Below, piece by piece: positions 35,567-50,300 of a DNA stretch of 64,000 bases. Source of the DNA: Eledone cirrhosa (lineage: Eukaryota); NCBI GenBank assembly GCA_964016885.1, contig OZ024743.1, positions 47,864,001 to 47,928,000 on the forward strand. The letters run 5' to 3'. Every line of letters starts with the position of its first letter. Within the stretch, counting starts at the first letter, position 1. The notes under the pieces are model-generated. The model was not told the origin of the DNA and did no database searches. It worked only from the letters and a program-made list of their open reading frames with translations. Both the position numbers and the translations under genes were made by a program.

Positions 35567-35845
35567 CAATGATATTAATAAATGGAAACTATATTTATTC
35601 TATTATATATATTTCAAGGGTACCAAAACTTTGGTACGCTCTCATCAGATAAAATACAAAGTTTGTTTTATAAATATTGACATATCCAGGAACGAGATCT
35701 TAACGGTTCAAGTTTTACCTATCCAGGTAAAACTTGAACCGTTAAGATCTTGAAATATATATAATAGAATAAATATAGTTTCCATTTATTAATATCATTG
35801 ATATTATACTCAAGAAAACTGTCGAGTGCTTCGAATCAGTTATAA
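35567..35845. mobile_element. Penelope-like inverted pLTR remnant: nested perfect palindromes plus a hammerhead
   Basis: Perfect 52-bp inverted arms at 35567-35618 and 35749-35800. Inner perfect 26-bp hairpin at 35695-35750 (loop ATCC). Followed by atattatactc...gtcgagtgct and flanked by (TA)n. Confidence 0.7.
35596..35656 (-). ncRNA. Type I hammerhead ribozyme
   Basis: Minus-strand RNA: UAUUUUAU-CUGAUGA-GAGCGUACCAA(aguu)UUGGUACCCUU-GAAA-UAUAUA-UA^-AUAGAAUA. 8-bp stem I, long stem II (G.U closing pair, one C/C mismatch), palindromic stem III, AUA site, predicted cut between 35604 and 35603. Confidence 0.75.
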
Positions 35846-36020
35846 ATATATATATTTGTTGAATTACCAACAAATTAAATATCCCTTTGCTTATATATAT
35901 ATCCGTCTTTAAAATTTACACACGCAAACATACACACAAGGCATTTCTTATATCAGCTGTGTTGCTACAATAAGAAGTTCGGTTTCCAATCCCCGTAAAT
36001 AGTTATTTCTCCAAAGATAC

Positions 36021-36064
36021 AGTGCACCTGAGCACTGTACACAATAATTTCATTATTATTATTA
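36021..36064 (+). mobile_element. Extreme 3' tip of the CR1/L2 LINE
   Basis: agtgcacctgagcactgtacacaataatttcattattattatta is the exact reverse complement of 20091-20132. Confidence 0.85.
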
Positions 36065-36127
36065 TATATTCATACAATAAACCTTGTATGTCATTTGTAC
36101 ATACATGCTAAACATTAATGTAACCTT

Positions 36128-36320
36128 TTCCAGCCTGTGGCGTTGGAGACGTTTGGGAGTCGAACAGCTAACTGCGAGATTCTTGTCTTCACTGGCGACT
36201 CGTCTAACAGAGGTAACTGGTGATGCTCGTGAAGGCGCTTGGCTGTTCGAGCGCATCAGCCTCGCCATCGCCTGAGGTAACGCTGCGAACGTGCTGGCTT
36301 GCCTAAAAAATTATTAAAGA
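36128..36320 (+). mobile_element. C-terminal fragment of a CRE-clade (RLE) non-LTR retrotransposon, pseudogenised
   Basis: FQPVALETFG/(frameshift)VEQLTARFLSSLATRLTEVTGDAREGAWLFERISLAIA*GNAANVLACL matches the CRE C-terminal pattern F.P.A.ET.G...TGD.RE..L.QR.S.A..RGNA. Confidence 0.72.
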
Positions 36321-37799
36321 GGTTCTCCAGTGCTGCTCGTGATATCATTAACTTTTGTTCTGGTAGCGGTTCGTTTGTTCACCACTTTCGCCTGCCTTTT
36401 TTTGTATGTGGTCCCAGATGTGTGTATTACCTGCTTGCATGTTTATTTTTTCCCTTTTCCTTCCTTTTTCTCTTTTTATTTGTAATATTATGATGACGGT
36501 CCTGCTGGCAAATAAAATTTTATATCCATTCCAATGTAATTTTGTCACAGTAATCAACATAAACTGTATGTTTTCTCTTATGCAAACCATTAATTTATTG
36601 AAACAAAAATTTCCTAGTTTGTATGATTGTTCATATACCCAGTAATCCTGTTGTATATGGCAGACCAATCCTTGACTCCTAAAATTAAATACATTCAACG
36701 CTATTGCCGACATTAGTTCACTAGTATCATAGAGTATTTCATATCACATTACATTGAATGTCATTCTTTGATGGTTTGTGGACTGTAGCTACACTATGCT
36801 ACACATTTACAACTACATGTCTTCAAATAGCGAACCTCTCACTAGCAAACCATCACTGCTGTTCAGCTCCATGTCAGATCAAATCAAGCAAACTTATGAT
36901 TAATTGCTTCCCAGCCACGTCTATTGCATATTTTCAAACTAAATTATCCAATATATACTACCCTAAAAAAAAAAAAGTGAAAAGACAGCAAGGTGTTATT
37001 TAAGGGAGATTTAGCTGCTGTTTTTAGCAATTCAATTGAGCAAGTAGAGCCTCCCTCACTGTCTCACCGACTTAATGTAGTATATTTAATTGGCCACATT
37101 TTACAAAAATAATTAGCATTATTAATACACCGGTGTTGTCGCTGTTATTATTATTCAGTATGTCTAGCTTATAATCAAGCGAAACCTATAATTAACTGGT
37201 TATTAACAATATATATTACTCAACTTAAATCATCACATCCACTACACCAGCTAGGTTAACAATATATATTACACAACTTAAATCGTCACATCCACTACAC
37301 CAGCTAGGTTAACAATATATATTACACAACTTAAATCGTCACATCCACTACACCAGCTAGTTTAACAATATATATTACACAACTTAAATCGTCACATCCA
37401 CTACACCGGCTAGGTTAACAATATATATTACACAACTTAAATCATCAAATCCACTACACCAGCTAGGTTAACAATATATATTACACAACTTAAATCGTCA
37501 CATCCACTACACCAGCTAGTTTAACAATATATATTACACAACTTAAATCGTCACATCCACTACACCAGCTAGGTTAACAATATATATTACACAACTTAAA
37601 TCGTCACATCCACTACACCAGCTAGGTTAACAATATATATTACACAACTTAAATCATCACATCCACTACACTGGCTAGGTTAACAATATATATTACACAA
37701 CTTAAATCATCACATCCACTACACCACCTAGGTTAACAATATATATTACACAACGTAAATCAGCACATCCACTACACCAGCTAGGTTAACAATATATAT

Positions 37800-38462
37800 G
37801 AAAAAATAAGAAATAAGAGGGATCAGATGTTGTTTACTAGAGAGAAGGCTACGTTGGTATGGTCACGTGATGCGCATTAAGGACGATAGCTGTATAACAA
37901 AGTGCAGGGCAATAAAGATAGACGGTAGCCACGGAATAGGCAGACCCAGAAAAACCTGGGACGAGCTGATAAACTCCGACCTCACACACTTACACCTCAC
38001 CAAGACAATGTCACTGGACCGATACCTTTGGCGGTACTCAGTAATAGAGAAGACCCGCCTTACCTAAATACAAAGTAAAACCTACTACAGTCAGTAGGCA
38101 TCTCTAACAAAATACACCCCCGTCCCACCAGCCCCACCCCATCCACACCGCCCCCTTCTATGTAAAGGTATGTTGGTGCCACACCATCCAGGCCGAAACA
38201 AATGAGATCGTGTAGGTGTCACGACAAAAAAAAAACACAGTCCACGCTGTAATGTGGCCGTGTAGGCAACACGGTAAAAACCTCCCAGACCCACACTGTA
38301 AACGTGGTTGGTGTTAGGAAGGGCATCCAACTGTAGAAAACCTGCCAGACAGTCCTATGCGAGCAAGACAATCACTCTTGCCTCAAGTGGGAAAACCCCC
38401 GTCCAAACCCATGCAAGCGTGGAACACGGACGTTAAACGTTGATGATGATGATGACGATGAT
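37800..38462 (+). mobile_element. 5'-truncated RTE LINE inserted in the 53-bp satellite (copy 1)
   Basis: IRGIRCCLLERRLRWYGHVMRIKDDSCITKC...GRPRKTWDELI, 3'UTR and (GAT)n. Interrupts the monomer at aacaatatatat|tacacaac. Confidence 0.93.
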
Positions 38463-41400
38463 TACACAACTTAAATCATCACATCCACTACACCAGCTCG
38501 GTTAACAATATATATTACACAACTTAAATCATCACATCCACTACACCAGCTAGTTTAATATATATTACACAACTTAAATCATCACATCCACTACACCAGC
38601 TAGGTTAACAATATAAATTACTCAAATTAAATCATCACATCCACTACACCAGCTAGGTTAACAATCTATATTACTCAACTTAAATCATCAAATCCACTAC
38701 ACCAGCTAGATTAACAATATATATTACACAACTTAAATCATCACATCCACTACACCAGCTAGGTTAACAATATATATTACACAACTTAAATCATCACATC
38801 CACTACACCACCTAGGTTAACAATATATATTACACAACTTAAATCATCACATCCATTACACCAGCTAGGTTAACAATATATATTATACAACTTAAATCAT
38901 CACATCCACTACACCAGCTAGGTTAACAATATATATTACACAACTTAAATCATCACATCCACTACACCAGCTAGGTTAACAATATATATTACACAACTTA
39001 AATCATCACATCCACTACACCAGCTAGGTTAACAATATATATTACACAACTTAAATCATCACATCCACTACACCAGCTAGGTTAACAATATATATTACAC
39101 AACTTAAATCATCACATCCACTACATCAGCTAGGTTAACAATATATATTACACAACTTAAATCATCACATCCACTACACCAGCTAGATTAACAATATATA
39201 TTACACAACTTAAATAATCACATCCACTACACCAGCTAGGTTAACAATATATATTACACAACTTAAATAATCACATCCACTACACCAGCTAGGTTAACAA
39301 TATATATTACACAACTTAAATAATCACATCCACTACACCAGCTAGGTTAACAATATATATTACACAACTTAAATCATCACATCCACTACACCAGCTAGAT
39401 TAACAATATATATTACACAACTTAAATCATCACATCCACTACACCAGCTAGGTTAACAATATATATTACACAACTTAAATAATCACTACCACTACAACAG
39501 CTAGGTTAACAATATATATTACACAACTTAAATCATCACATCCACTACACCAGCTAGGTTAACAATATATATTACACAACTTAAATCATCACATCCACTA
39601 CACCAGCTAGGTTAACAATATATATTACACAACTTAAATCATCACATCCACTACACCAGCTAGGTTAACAATATATATTACACAACTTAAATCATCACGT
39701 CCACTACACCAGCTAGGTTAACAATATATATTACACAACTTAAATCATCACATCCACTACACCAGCTAGCTTAACAATATATATTACACAACTTAAATCA
39801 TCACATCCACTACACCAGCTAGGTTAACAATATATATTACTCAACTTAAATCATCACATCCACTACACCAGCTAGGTTAACAATATATATTACACAACTT
39901 AAATCATCACATCCACTACACCAGCTAGGTTAACAATATATATTACACAACTTAAATCATCACATCCACTACACCAGCTAGGTTAACAATATATATTACA
40001 CAACTTAAATCATCACATCCACTACACCAGCTAGGTTAACAATATATATTACACAACTTAAATCATCACATCCACTACACCAGCTAGGTTAACAATCTAT
40101 ATTACACAACTTAAATCATCACATCCACTACACCAGCTAGGTTAACAATCTATATTACACACCTTAAATCATCACATCCACTACACCAGCTAGGTTAACA
40201 ATATATATTACACAACGTAAATCATCACATCCACTACACCAGCTAGGTTAACAATATATATTACACAACTTAAATAATCACTACCACTACACCAGCTAGG
40301 TTAACAATATATATTACACAACTTAAATCATCACATCCACTACACCAGCTAGGTTAACAATATATATTACACAACTTAAATCATCACATCCACTACACCA
40401 GCTAGGTTAACAATATATATTACACAACTTAAATCATCACATCCACTACACCAGCTAGGTTAACAATATATATTACACAACTTAAATCATCACATCCACT
40501 ACACCAGCTAGGTTACCAATATATATTACACAACTTAAATAATCACTACCACTACACCAGCTAGGTTAACAATATATATTACTCAACTTAAATCATCACA
40601 TCCACTACACCAGCTAGGTTAACAATATATATTACACAACTTAAATCATCACATCCACTACACCAGCTAGGTTAACAATATATACACCAGCTAGGTTAAC
40701 AATATATACACCAGCTAGGTTAACAATATATATTACTCAACTTAAATCATCACATCCGCTACACCAGCTAGGTTAACAATATATATTATACAACTTAAAT
40801 CATCACATCCACTACACCAGCTAGGTTAACAATATATATTAGACAACTTAAATCATCACATCCACTACACCAGCTAGGTTAACAATATATATTACACAAC
40901 TTAAATCATCACATCCACTACACCAGCTAGTTTAATATATATTACACAACTTAAATCATCACATCCACTACACCAGCTAGGTTAACAATATAAATTACTC
41001 AAATTAAATCATCACATCCACTACACCAGCTAGGTTAACAATCTATATTACTCAACTTAAATCATCAAATCCACTACACCAGCTAGATTAACAATATATA
41101 TTACACAACTTAAATCATCACATCCACTACACCAGCTAGGTTAACAATATATATTACACAACTTAAATCATCACATCCACTACACCACCTAGGTTAACAA
41201 TATATATTACACAACTTAAATCATCACATCCATTACACCAGCTAGGTTAACAATATATATTATACAACTTAAATCATCACATCCACTACACCAGCTAGGT
41301 TAACAATATATATTACACAACTTAAATCATCACATCCACTACACCAGCTAGGTTAACAATATATATTACACAACTTAAATCATCACATCCACTACACCAG

Positions 41401-43637
41401 CTAGGTTAACAATATATATTACACAACTTAAATCATCACATCCACTACACCAGCTAGGTTAACAATATATATTACACAACTTAAATCATCACATCCACTA
41501 CATCAGCTAGGTTAACAATATATATTACACAACTTAAATCATCACATCCACTACACCAGCTAGATTAACAATATATATTACACAACTTAAATAATCACAT
41601 CCACTACACCAGCTAGGTTAACAATATATATTACACAACTTAAATAATCACATCCACTACACCAGCTAGGTTAACAATATATATTACACAACTTAAATAA
41701 TCACATCCACTACACCAGCTAGGTTAACAATATATATTACACAACTTAAATCATCACATCCACTACACCAGCTAGATTAACAATATATATTACACAACTT
41801 AAATCATCACATCCACTACACCAGCTAGGTTAACAATATATATTACACAACTTAAATAATCACTACCACTACAACAGCTAGGTTAACAATATATATTACA
41901 CAACTTAAATCATCACATCCACTACACCAGCTAGGTTAACAATATATATTACACAACTTAAATCATCACATCCACTACACCAGCTAGGTTAACAATATAT
42001 ATTACACAACTTAAATCATCACATCCACTACACCAGCTAGGTTAACAATATATATTACACAACTTAAATCATCACGTCCACTACACCAGCTAGGTTAACA
42101 ATATATATTACACAACTTAAATCATCACATCCACTACACCAGCTAGCTTAACAATATATATTACACAACTTAAATCATCACATCCACTACACCAGCTAGG
42201 TTAACAATATATATTACTCAACTTAAATCATCACATCCACTACACCAGCTAGGTTAACAATATATATTACACAACTTAAATCATCACATCCACTACACCA
42301 GCTAGGTTAACAATATATATTACACAACTTAAATCATCACATCCACTACACTAGCTAGGTTAACAATATATATTACACAACTTAAATCATCACATCCACT
42401 ACACCAGCTAGGTTAACAATATATATTACACAACTTAAATCATCACATCCACTACACCAGCTAGGTTAACAATCTATATTACACAACTTAAATCATCACA
42501 TCCACTACACCAGCTAGGTTAACAATCTATATTACACACCTTAAATCATCACATCCACTACACCAGCTAGGTTAACAATATATATTACACAACGTAAATC
42601 ATCACATCCACTACACCAGCTAGATTAATATATATTACACAACTTAAATAATCACTACCACTACACCAGCTAGGTTAACAATATATATTACACAACTTAA
42701 ATCATCACATCCACTACACCAACTAGGTTAACAATATATATTACTCAACTTAAATCATCACGTCCACTACACCAGCTAGGTTAACAATATATATTACACA
42801 ACTTAAATAATCACTACCACTACACCAGCTAGGTTAACAATATATATTACACAACTTAAATCATCACATCCACTACACCAGCTAGGTTAACAATATATAT
42901 TACACAACTTAAATCATCACATCCACTACACCAGCTAGGTTAACAATATATATTACACAACTTAAATCATCACATCCACTACACCAGCTAGGTTAACAAT
43001 ATATATTACACAACTTAAATCATCACATCCACTACACCAGCTAGGTTACCAATATATATTACACAACTTAAATAATCACTACCACTACACCAGCTAGGTT
43101 AACAATATATATTACTCAACTTAAATCATCACATCCACTACACCAGCTAGGTTAACAATATATATTACACAACTTAAATCATCACATCCACTACACCAGC
43201 TAGGTTAACAATATATACACCAGCTAGGTTAACAATATATACACCAGCTAGGTTAACAATATATATTACTCAACTTAAATCATCACATCCGCTACACCAG
43301 CTAGGTTAACAATATATATTATACAACTTAAATCATCACATCCACTACACCAGCTAGGTTAACAATATATATTAGACAACTTAAATCATCACATCCACTA
43401 CACCAGCTAGGTTAACAATATATATTACACAACTTAAATCATCACATCCACTACACCAGCTTGGTTAACAATATATATTACACAACTTAAATCATCACAT
43501 CCACTACACCAGCTAGGTTAACAATATATATTATACAACTTAAATCATCACATCCACTACACCAGCTAGGTTAACAATATATATTACACAACTTAAATCA
43601 TCACATCCACTACACCAGCTAGGTTAACAATATATAT

Positions 43638-44305
43638 GAAAAAATTAGAAATAAGAGGGATCAGATGTTGTTTACTAGAGAGAAGGCTACGTTGGTATGG
43701 TCACGTGATTCGCATTAAGGACGATAGCTGTATAACAAAGTGCAGGGCAATAAAGATAGACGGTAGCCACGGAATAGGCAGACCCAGAAAAACCTGGGAC
43801 GAGCTGATAAACTCCGACCTCACACACTTACACCTCACCAAGACAACGTCACTGGACCGAGACCTTTGGCGGTACTCAGTAATAGAGAAGACCCGCCTTA
43901 CCTAAATACAAAGTAAAACCTACTACAGTCAGTAGGCATCTCTAACAAAATACACCCCCCGTCCCACCAGCCCCACCCCATCCACACCGCCCCCCTTCTA
44001 TGTAAAGTTATGTTGGTGCCACACCATCCAGGCCGAAACAAATGAGATCGTGTAGGTGTCACGACAAAAAAAAAACACAGTCCACGCTGTAATGTGGCCG
44101 TGTAGGCAACACGGTAAAAACCTCCCAGACCCACACTGTAAACGTGGTTGGTGTTAGGAAGGGCATCCAACTGTAGAAAACCTGCCAGACAGTCCTATGC
44201 GAGCAAGACAATCACTCTTGCCTCAAGTGGGAAGACCCCCGTCCAAACCCATGCAAGCGTGGAACACGGACGTTAAATGTTGATGATGATGATGATGATG
44301 ATGAT
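43638..44305 (+). mobile_element. 5'-truncated RTE LINE inserted in the 53-bp satellite (copy 2, duplicate of copy 1)
   Basis: Same 5' truncation point, same monomer position, ~99% identical, offset 5838 bp. Confidence 0.93.
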
Positions 44306-47300
44306 TACACAACTTAAATCATCACATCCACTACACCAGCTCGGTTAACAATATATATTACACAACTTAAATCATCACATCCACTACACCAGCTAGTTTA
44401 ATATATATTACACAACTTAAATCATCACATCCACTACACCAGCTAGGTTAACAATATAAATTACTCAACTTAAATCATCACATCCACTACACCAGCTAGG
44501 TTAACAATCTATATTACTCAACTTAAATCATCAAATCCACTACAACAGCTAGGTTAACAATATATATTACACAACTTAAATCATCACATCCACTACACCA
44601 GCTAGGTTAACAATATATATTACACAACTTAAATCATCACATCCACTACACCAGCTAGGTTAACAATATATATTACACAACTTAAATCATCACATCCACT
44701 ACACCATCTAGGTTAACAATATATATTACACAACTTAAATAATCACTACCACTACAACAGCTAGGTTAACAATATATATTACACAACTTAAATCATCACA
44801 TCCACTACACCAGCTAGGTTAACAATATATATTACACAACTTAAATCATTAAATCCACTACACCACCTAGGTTAACAATATATATTACACAACTTAAATC
44901 ATTAAATCCACTACACCAGCTAGGTTAACAATATATATTACACAACTTAAATCATCACATCCACTACACCAGCTAGGTTAACAATATATATTACACAACT
45001 TAAATCATTAAATCCACTACACCAGCTAGGTTAACAATATATATTACACAACTTAAATAATCACTACCACTACAACAGCTAGGTTAACAATATATATTAC
45101 ACAACTTAAATCATCACATCCACTACACCAGCTAGGTTAACAATATATATTACACAACTTAAATAATCACTACCACTACACCAGCTAGGTTAACAATATA
45201 TTTTACACAACTTAAATCATCACATCCACTACACCAGCTAGGTTAACAATATATATTACACAACTTAAATCATCACATCCACTACACCAGCTAGGTTAAC
45301 AATATATATTAGACAACTTAAATCATCACATCCACTACACCAGCTAGGTTAACAATATATATTACACAACTTAAATCATCACATCCACTACATCAGCTAG
45401 GTTAACAATATATATTACACAACTTAAATCATCACATCCACTACACCAGCTAGGTTAACAATATATATTACACAACTTAAATCATCACATCCACTACACC
45501 AGCTAGGTTAACAATATATATTACACAACTTAAATAATCACTACCACTACAACAGCTAGGTTAACAATATATATTACACAACTTAAATCATCACATCCAC
45601 TACACCAGCTAGGTTAACAATCTATATTACACAACTTAAATCATCACATCCACTACACCAGCTAGGTTAACAATATATATTATACAACTTAAATCATCAC
45701 ATCCACTACACCAGCTAGGTTAACAATATATATTACACAACTTAAATCATCACATCCACTACACCAGCTAGGTTAACAATCTATATTACACAACTTAAAT
45801 CATCACATCCACTACACCAGCTAGGTTAACAATCTATATTACACAATTTTAATCGTCACATCCACTACATCAGCTAGGTTAACAACATATATTACACAAC
45901 TTAAATCATCACATCCACTACACCAGCTAGATTAATATATATTACACAACTTAAATCATCACATCCACTACACCAGCTAGGTTAACAATGTATATTACAC
46001 AACTTAAATAATCACTACCACTACAATAGCTAGGTTAACAATCTATATTACACAACTTAAATAATCACATCCACTACACCAGCTAGGTTAACAATATATA
46101 TTACACAACTTAAATAATCACATCCACTACACCAGCTAGGTTAACAATATATATTACACAACTTAAATCATCACATCCACTACACCAGCTAGATTAACAA
46201 TATATATTACACAACTTAAATCATCACATCCACTACACCAGCTAGGTTAACAATATATATTACACAACTTAAATAATCACTACCACTACAACAGCTAGGT
46301 TAACAATATATATTACACAACTTAAATCATCACATCCACTACACCAGCTAGGTTAACAATATATATTACACAACTTAAATCATCACATCCACTACACCAG
46401 CTAGGTTAACAATATATATTACACAACTTAAATCATCACATCCACTACACCAGCTAGGTTAACAATATATATTACACAACTTAAATCATCACGTCCACTA
46501 CACCAGCTAGGTTAACAATATATATTACACAACTTAAATCATCACATCCACTACACCAGCTAGCTTAACAATATATATTACACAACTTAAATCATCACAT
46601 CCACTACACCAGCTAGGTTAACAATATATATTACTCAACTTAAATCATCACATCCACTACACCAGCTAGGTTAACAATATATATTACACAACTTAAATCA
46701 TCACATCCACTACACCAGCTAGGTTAACAATATATATTACACAACTTAAATAATCACTACCACTACAATAGCTAGGTTAACAATCTATATTACACAACTT
46801 AAATAATCACATCCACTACACCAGCTAGGTTAACAATATATATTACACAACTTAAATAATCACATCCACTACACCAGCTAGGTTAACAATATATATTACA
46901 CAACTTAAATCATCACATCCACTACACCAGCTAGGTTAACAATATATATTACACAACTTAAATCATCACATCCACTATACCAGCTAGGTTAACAATCTAT
47001 ATTACACAACTTAAATCATCACATCCACTACACCAGCTAGGTTAACAATCTATATTACACACCTTAAATCATCACATCCACTACACCAGCTAGGTTAACA
47101 ATATATATTACACAACGTAAATCATCACATCCACTACACCAGCTAGATTAATATATATTACACAACTTAAATAATCACTACCACTACACCAGCTAGGTTA
47201 ACAATATATATTACACAACTTAAATCATCACATCCACTACACCAACTAGGTTAACAATATATATTACTCAACTTAAATCATCACGTCCACTACACCAGCT

Positions 47301-50300
47301 AGGTTAACAATATATATTACACAACTTAAATCATCACATCCACTACACCAGCTAGGTTAACAATATATATTATACAACTTAAATCATCACATCCACTACA
47401 CCAGCTAGGTTAACAATATATATTACACAACTTAAATCATCACATCCACTACACCAGCTAGGTTAACAATATATATTACACAACTGAAATCATCACATCC
47501 ACTACACCAGCTAGGTTAACAATATATATTACACAACTTAAATCATCACATCCACTACACCAGCTAGGTTAATATATATTACACAACTTAAATCATCACA
47601 TCCACTACACCAGCTAGGTTAACAATATATATTACACAACTTAAATCATCACATCCGGTACACCAGCTAGGTTACCAATATATATTACACAACTTAAATC
47701 ATCACATCCACTACAGCAGCTAGGTTAACAATATATATTACACAACTTAAATCATCACATCCACTACACCAGCTAGGTTAATATATATTACACAACTTAA
47801 ATCATCACATCCACTACACCAGCTAGGTTAACAATATATATTACACAACTTAAATCATCACATCCAGTACACCAGCTAGGTTACCAATATATATTACACA
47901 ACTTAAATCATCACATCCACTACAGCAGCTAGGTTAACAATATATATTACACAACTTAAATCATCACATCCACTACACCAGCTAGGTTAACAATCTATAT
48001 TACACAACTTAAATCATCACATCCACTACACCAGCTAGGTTAACAATATATATTACACAACTTAAATCATCACATCCACTACACCAGCTAGGTTAACAAT
48101 ATATATTATACAACTTAAATCATCACATCCACTACACCAGCTAGGTTAACAATATATATTACACAACTTAAATCATCACATCCACTACACCAGCTAGGTT
48201 AACAATATATATTACACAACTTAAATCATCACATCCACTACACCAGCTAGGTTAACAATATATATTACACAACTTAAATCATCACATCCACTACACCAGC
48301 TAGGTTAATATATATTACACAACTTAAATCATCACATCCACTACACCAGCTAGGTTAACAATATATATTACACAACTTAAATCATCACATCCGGTACACC
48401 AGCTAGGTTACCAATATATATTACACAACTTAAATCATCACATCCACTACAGCAGCTAGGTTAACAATATATATTACACAACTTAAATCATCACATCCAC
48501 TACACCAGCTAGGTTAATATATATTACACAACTTAAATCATCACATCCACTACACCAGCTAGGTTAACAATATATATTACACAACTTAAATCATCACATC
48601 CAGTACACCAGCTAGGTTACCAATATATATTACACAACTTAAATCATCACATCCACTACAGCAGCTAGGTTAACAATATATATTACACAACTTAAATCAT
48701 CACATCCACTACACCAGCTAGGTTAACAATCTATATTACACAACTTAAATCATCACATCCACTACATCAGCAAAAGTTAACAATATATATTACACAACTC
48801 AAATCATCACATCCACTACAGCAGCTATGTTAACAATATATATTACACAACTTAAATCATCACATCCACTACACCAGATAGGTTAACAATATATATTACA
48901 CAACTTAAATCATCACATCCACTACACCAGCTAGGTTAACAATATATATTACACAACTTAAATGATCACATCCACTACACCAGCTTGGTTAATATATATT
49001 ACACAACTTAAATCATCACATCCACTACACCAGCTAGGTTAACAATCTATATTACTCAACTTAAATCATCACATCCACTACACCAGCTAGGTTAATATAT
49101 ATTACACAACTTAAATGATCACATCCACTACACCAGCTAGGTTAACATATATTACACAACTTAAATCATCACATCCACTACATCAGCTAGGTTAACAATA
49201 TATATTACACAACTTAAATCATCACATCCACTACACCAGCTAGGTTAACAATATATAGTACACAACTTAAAACATCAAATCCACTACACCAGCTAGGTTA
49301 ACAATATATATTACACAACTTAAATCATCACATCCACTACACCAGCTAGATTAACAATCTATATTACTCAACTTAAATCATCACATCCACTACACCAGCT
49401 AGGTTAACAATATATATTACACAACTTAAATCATCACATCCACTACATCAGCTAGGTTAACAATATATATTACACAACATAAATCATCACATCCACTACA
49501 CCAAGTAGGTTAACAATATATATTACACAACTTAAATCATCACATCCACTACACCAGCTAGGTTAACAATATATATTACTCAACTTAAATCATCACATCC
49601 ACTACACCAGCTAGGTTAACAATATATATTATACAACTTAAATCATCACATCCACTACACCAGCTAGGTTAACAATATATATTACACAACTTAAATCATC
49701 ACATCCACTACACCAGCTAGGTTAACAATATATATTACACAACTTAAATTATCACATCCACTACACCAGCTAGGTTAACAATATATATTGCTCAACTTAA
49801 ATCATCACATCCACTACACCAGCTAGGTTAACAATCTATATTACTCAACTTAAATCATCACCTCCACTACTCCAGCTAGGTTAACAATATATATTACACA
49901 ACTTAAATCATCACATCCACTACACCAGCTAGGTTCATATATATTACGCAACTTAAATCATCACTTCCACTACACCAGATAGGTTAACAATATATATTAC
50001 ACAACTTAAATCATCACATCCACTACACCAGCTAGGTTCATATATATTACACAACTTAAATCATCACATCCACTACACCAGCTAGGTTAACAATATATAT
50101 TACACAACTTAAATCATCACATCCAGTACACCAGCTAGGTTACCAATATATATTACACAACTTAAATCATCACATCCACTACAGCAGCTAGGTTAACATT
50201 ATATATTATACAACTTAAATCATCACATCCACTACACCAGCTAGGTTAACAATCTATATTACTCAACTTAAATCATCACATCCACTACACCAGCTAGGTT

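Larger units (their letters stand above)
32100..37195. repeat. Cluster of ~10 diverged copies of a bipartite dispersed repeat
   Basis: Recurring modules (gttgtttag...gcagacctatgatcaaaggcattccagc.gtgaccatc) and (gagatttggctgctatttctagcag..gagcgaccacgtagagg) at about 32100, 32865(-), 33175, 33410, 33620, 33760, 34200, 35240(-), 36860 and 37150. Also seen at 23830-24000, 25120 and 26750-27110. Confidence 0.65.
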
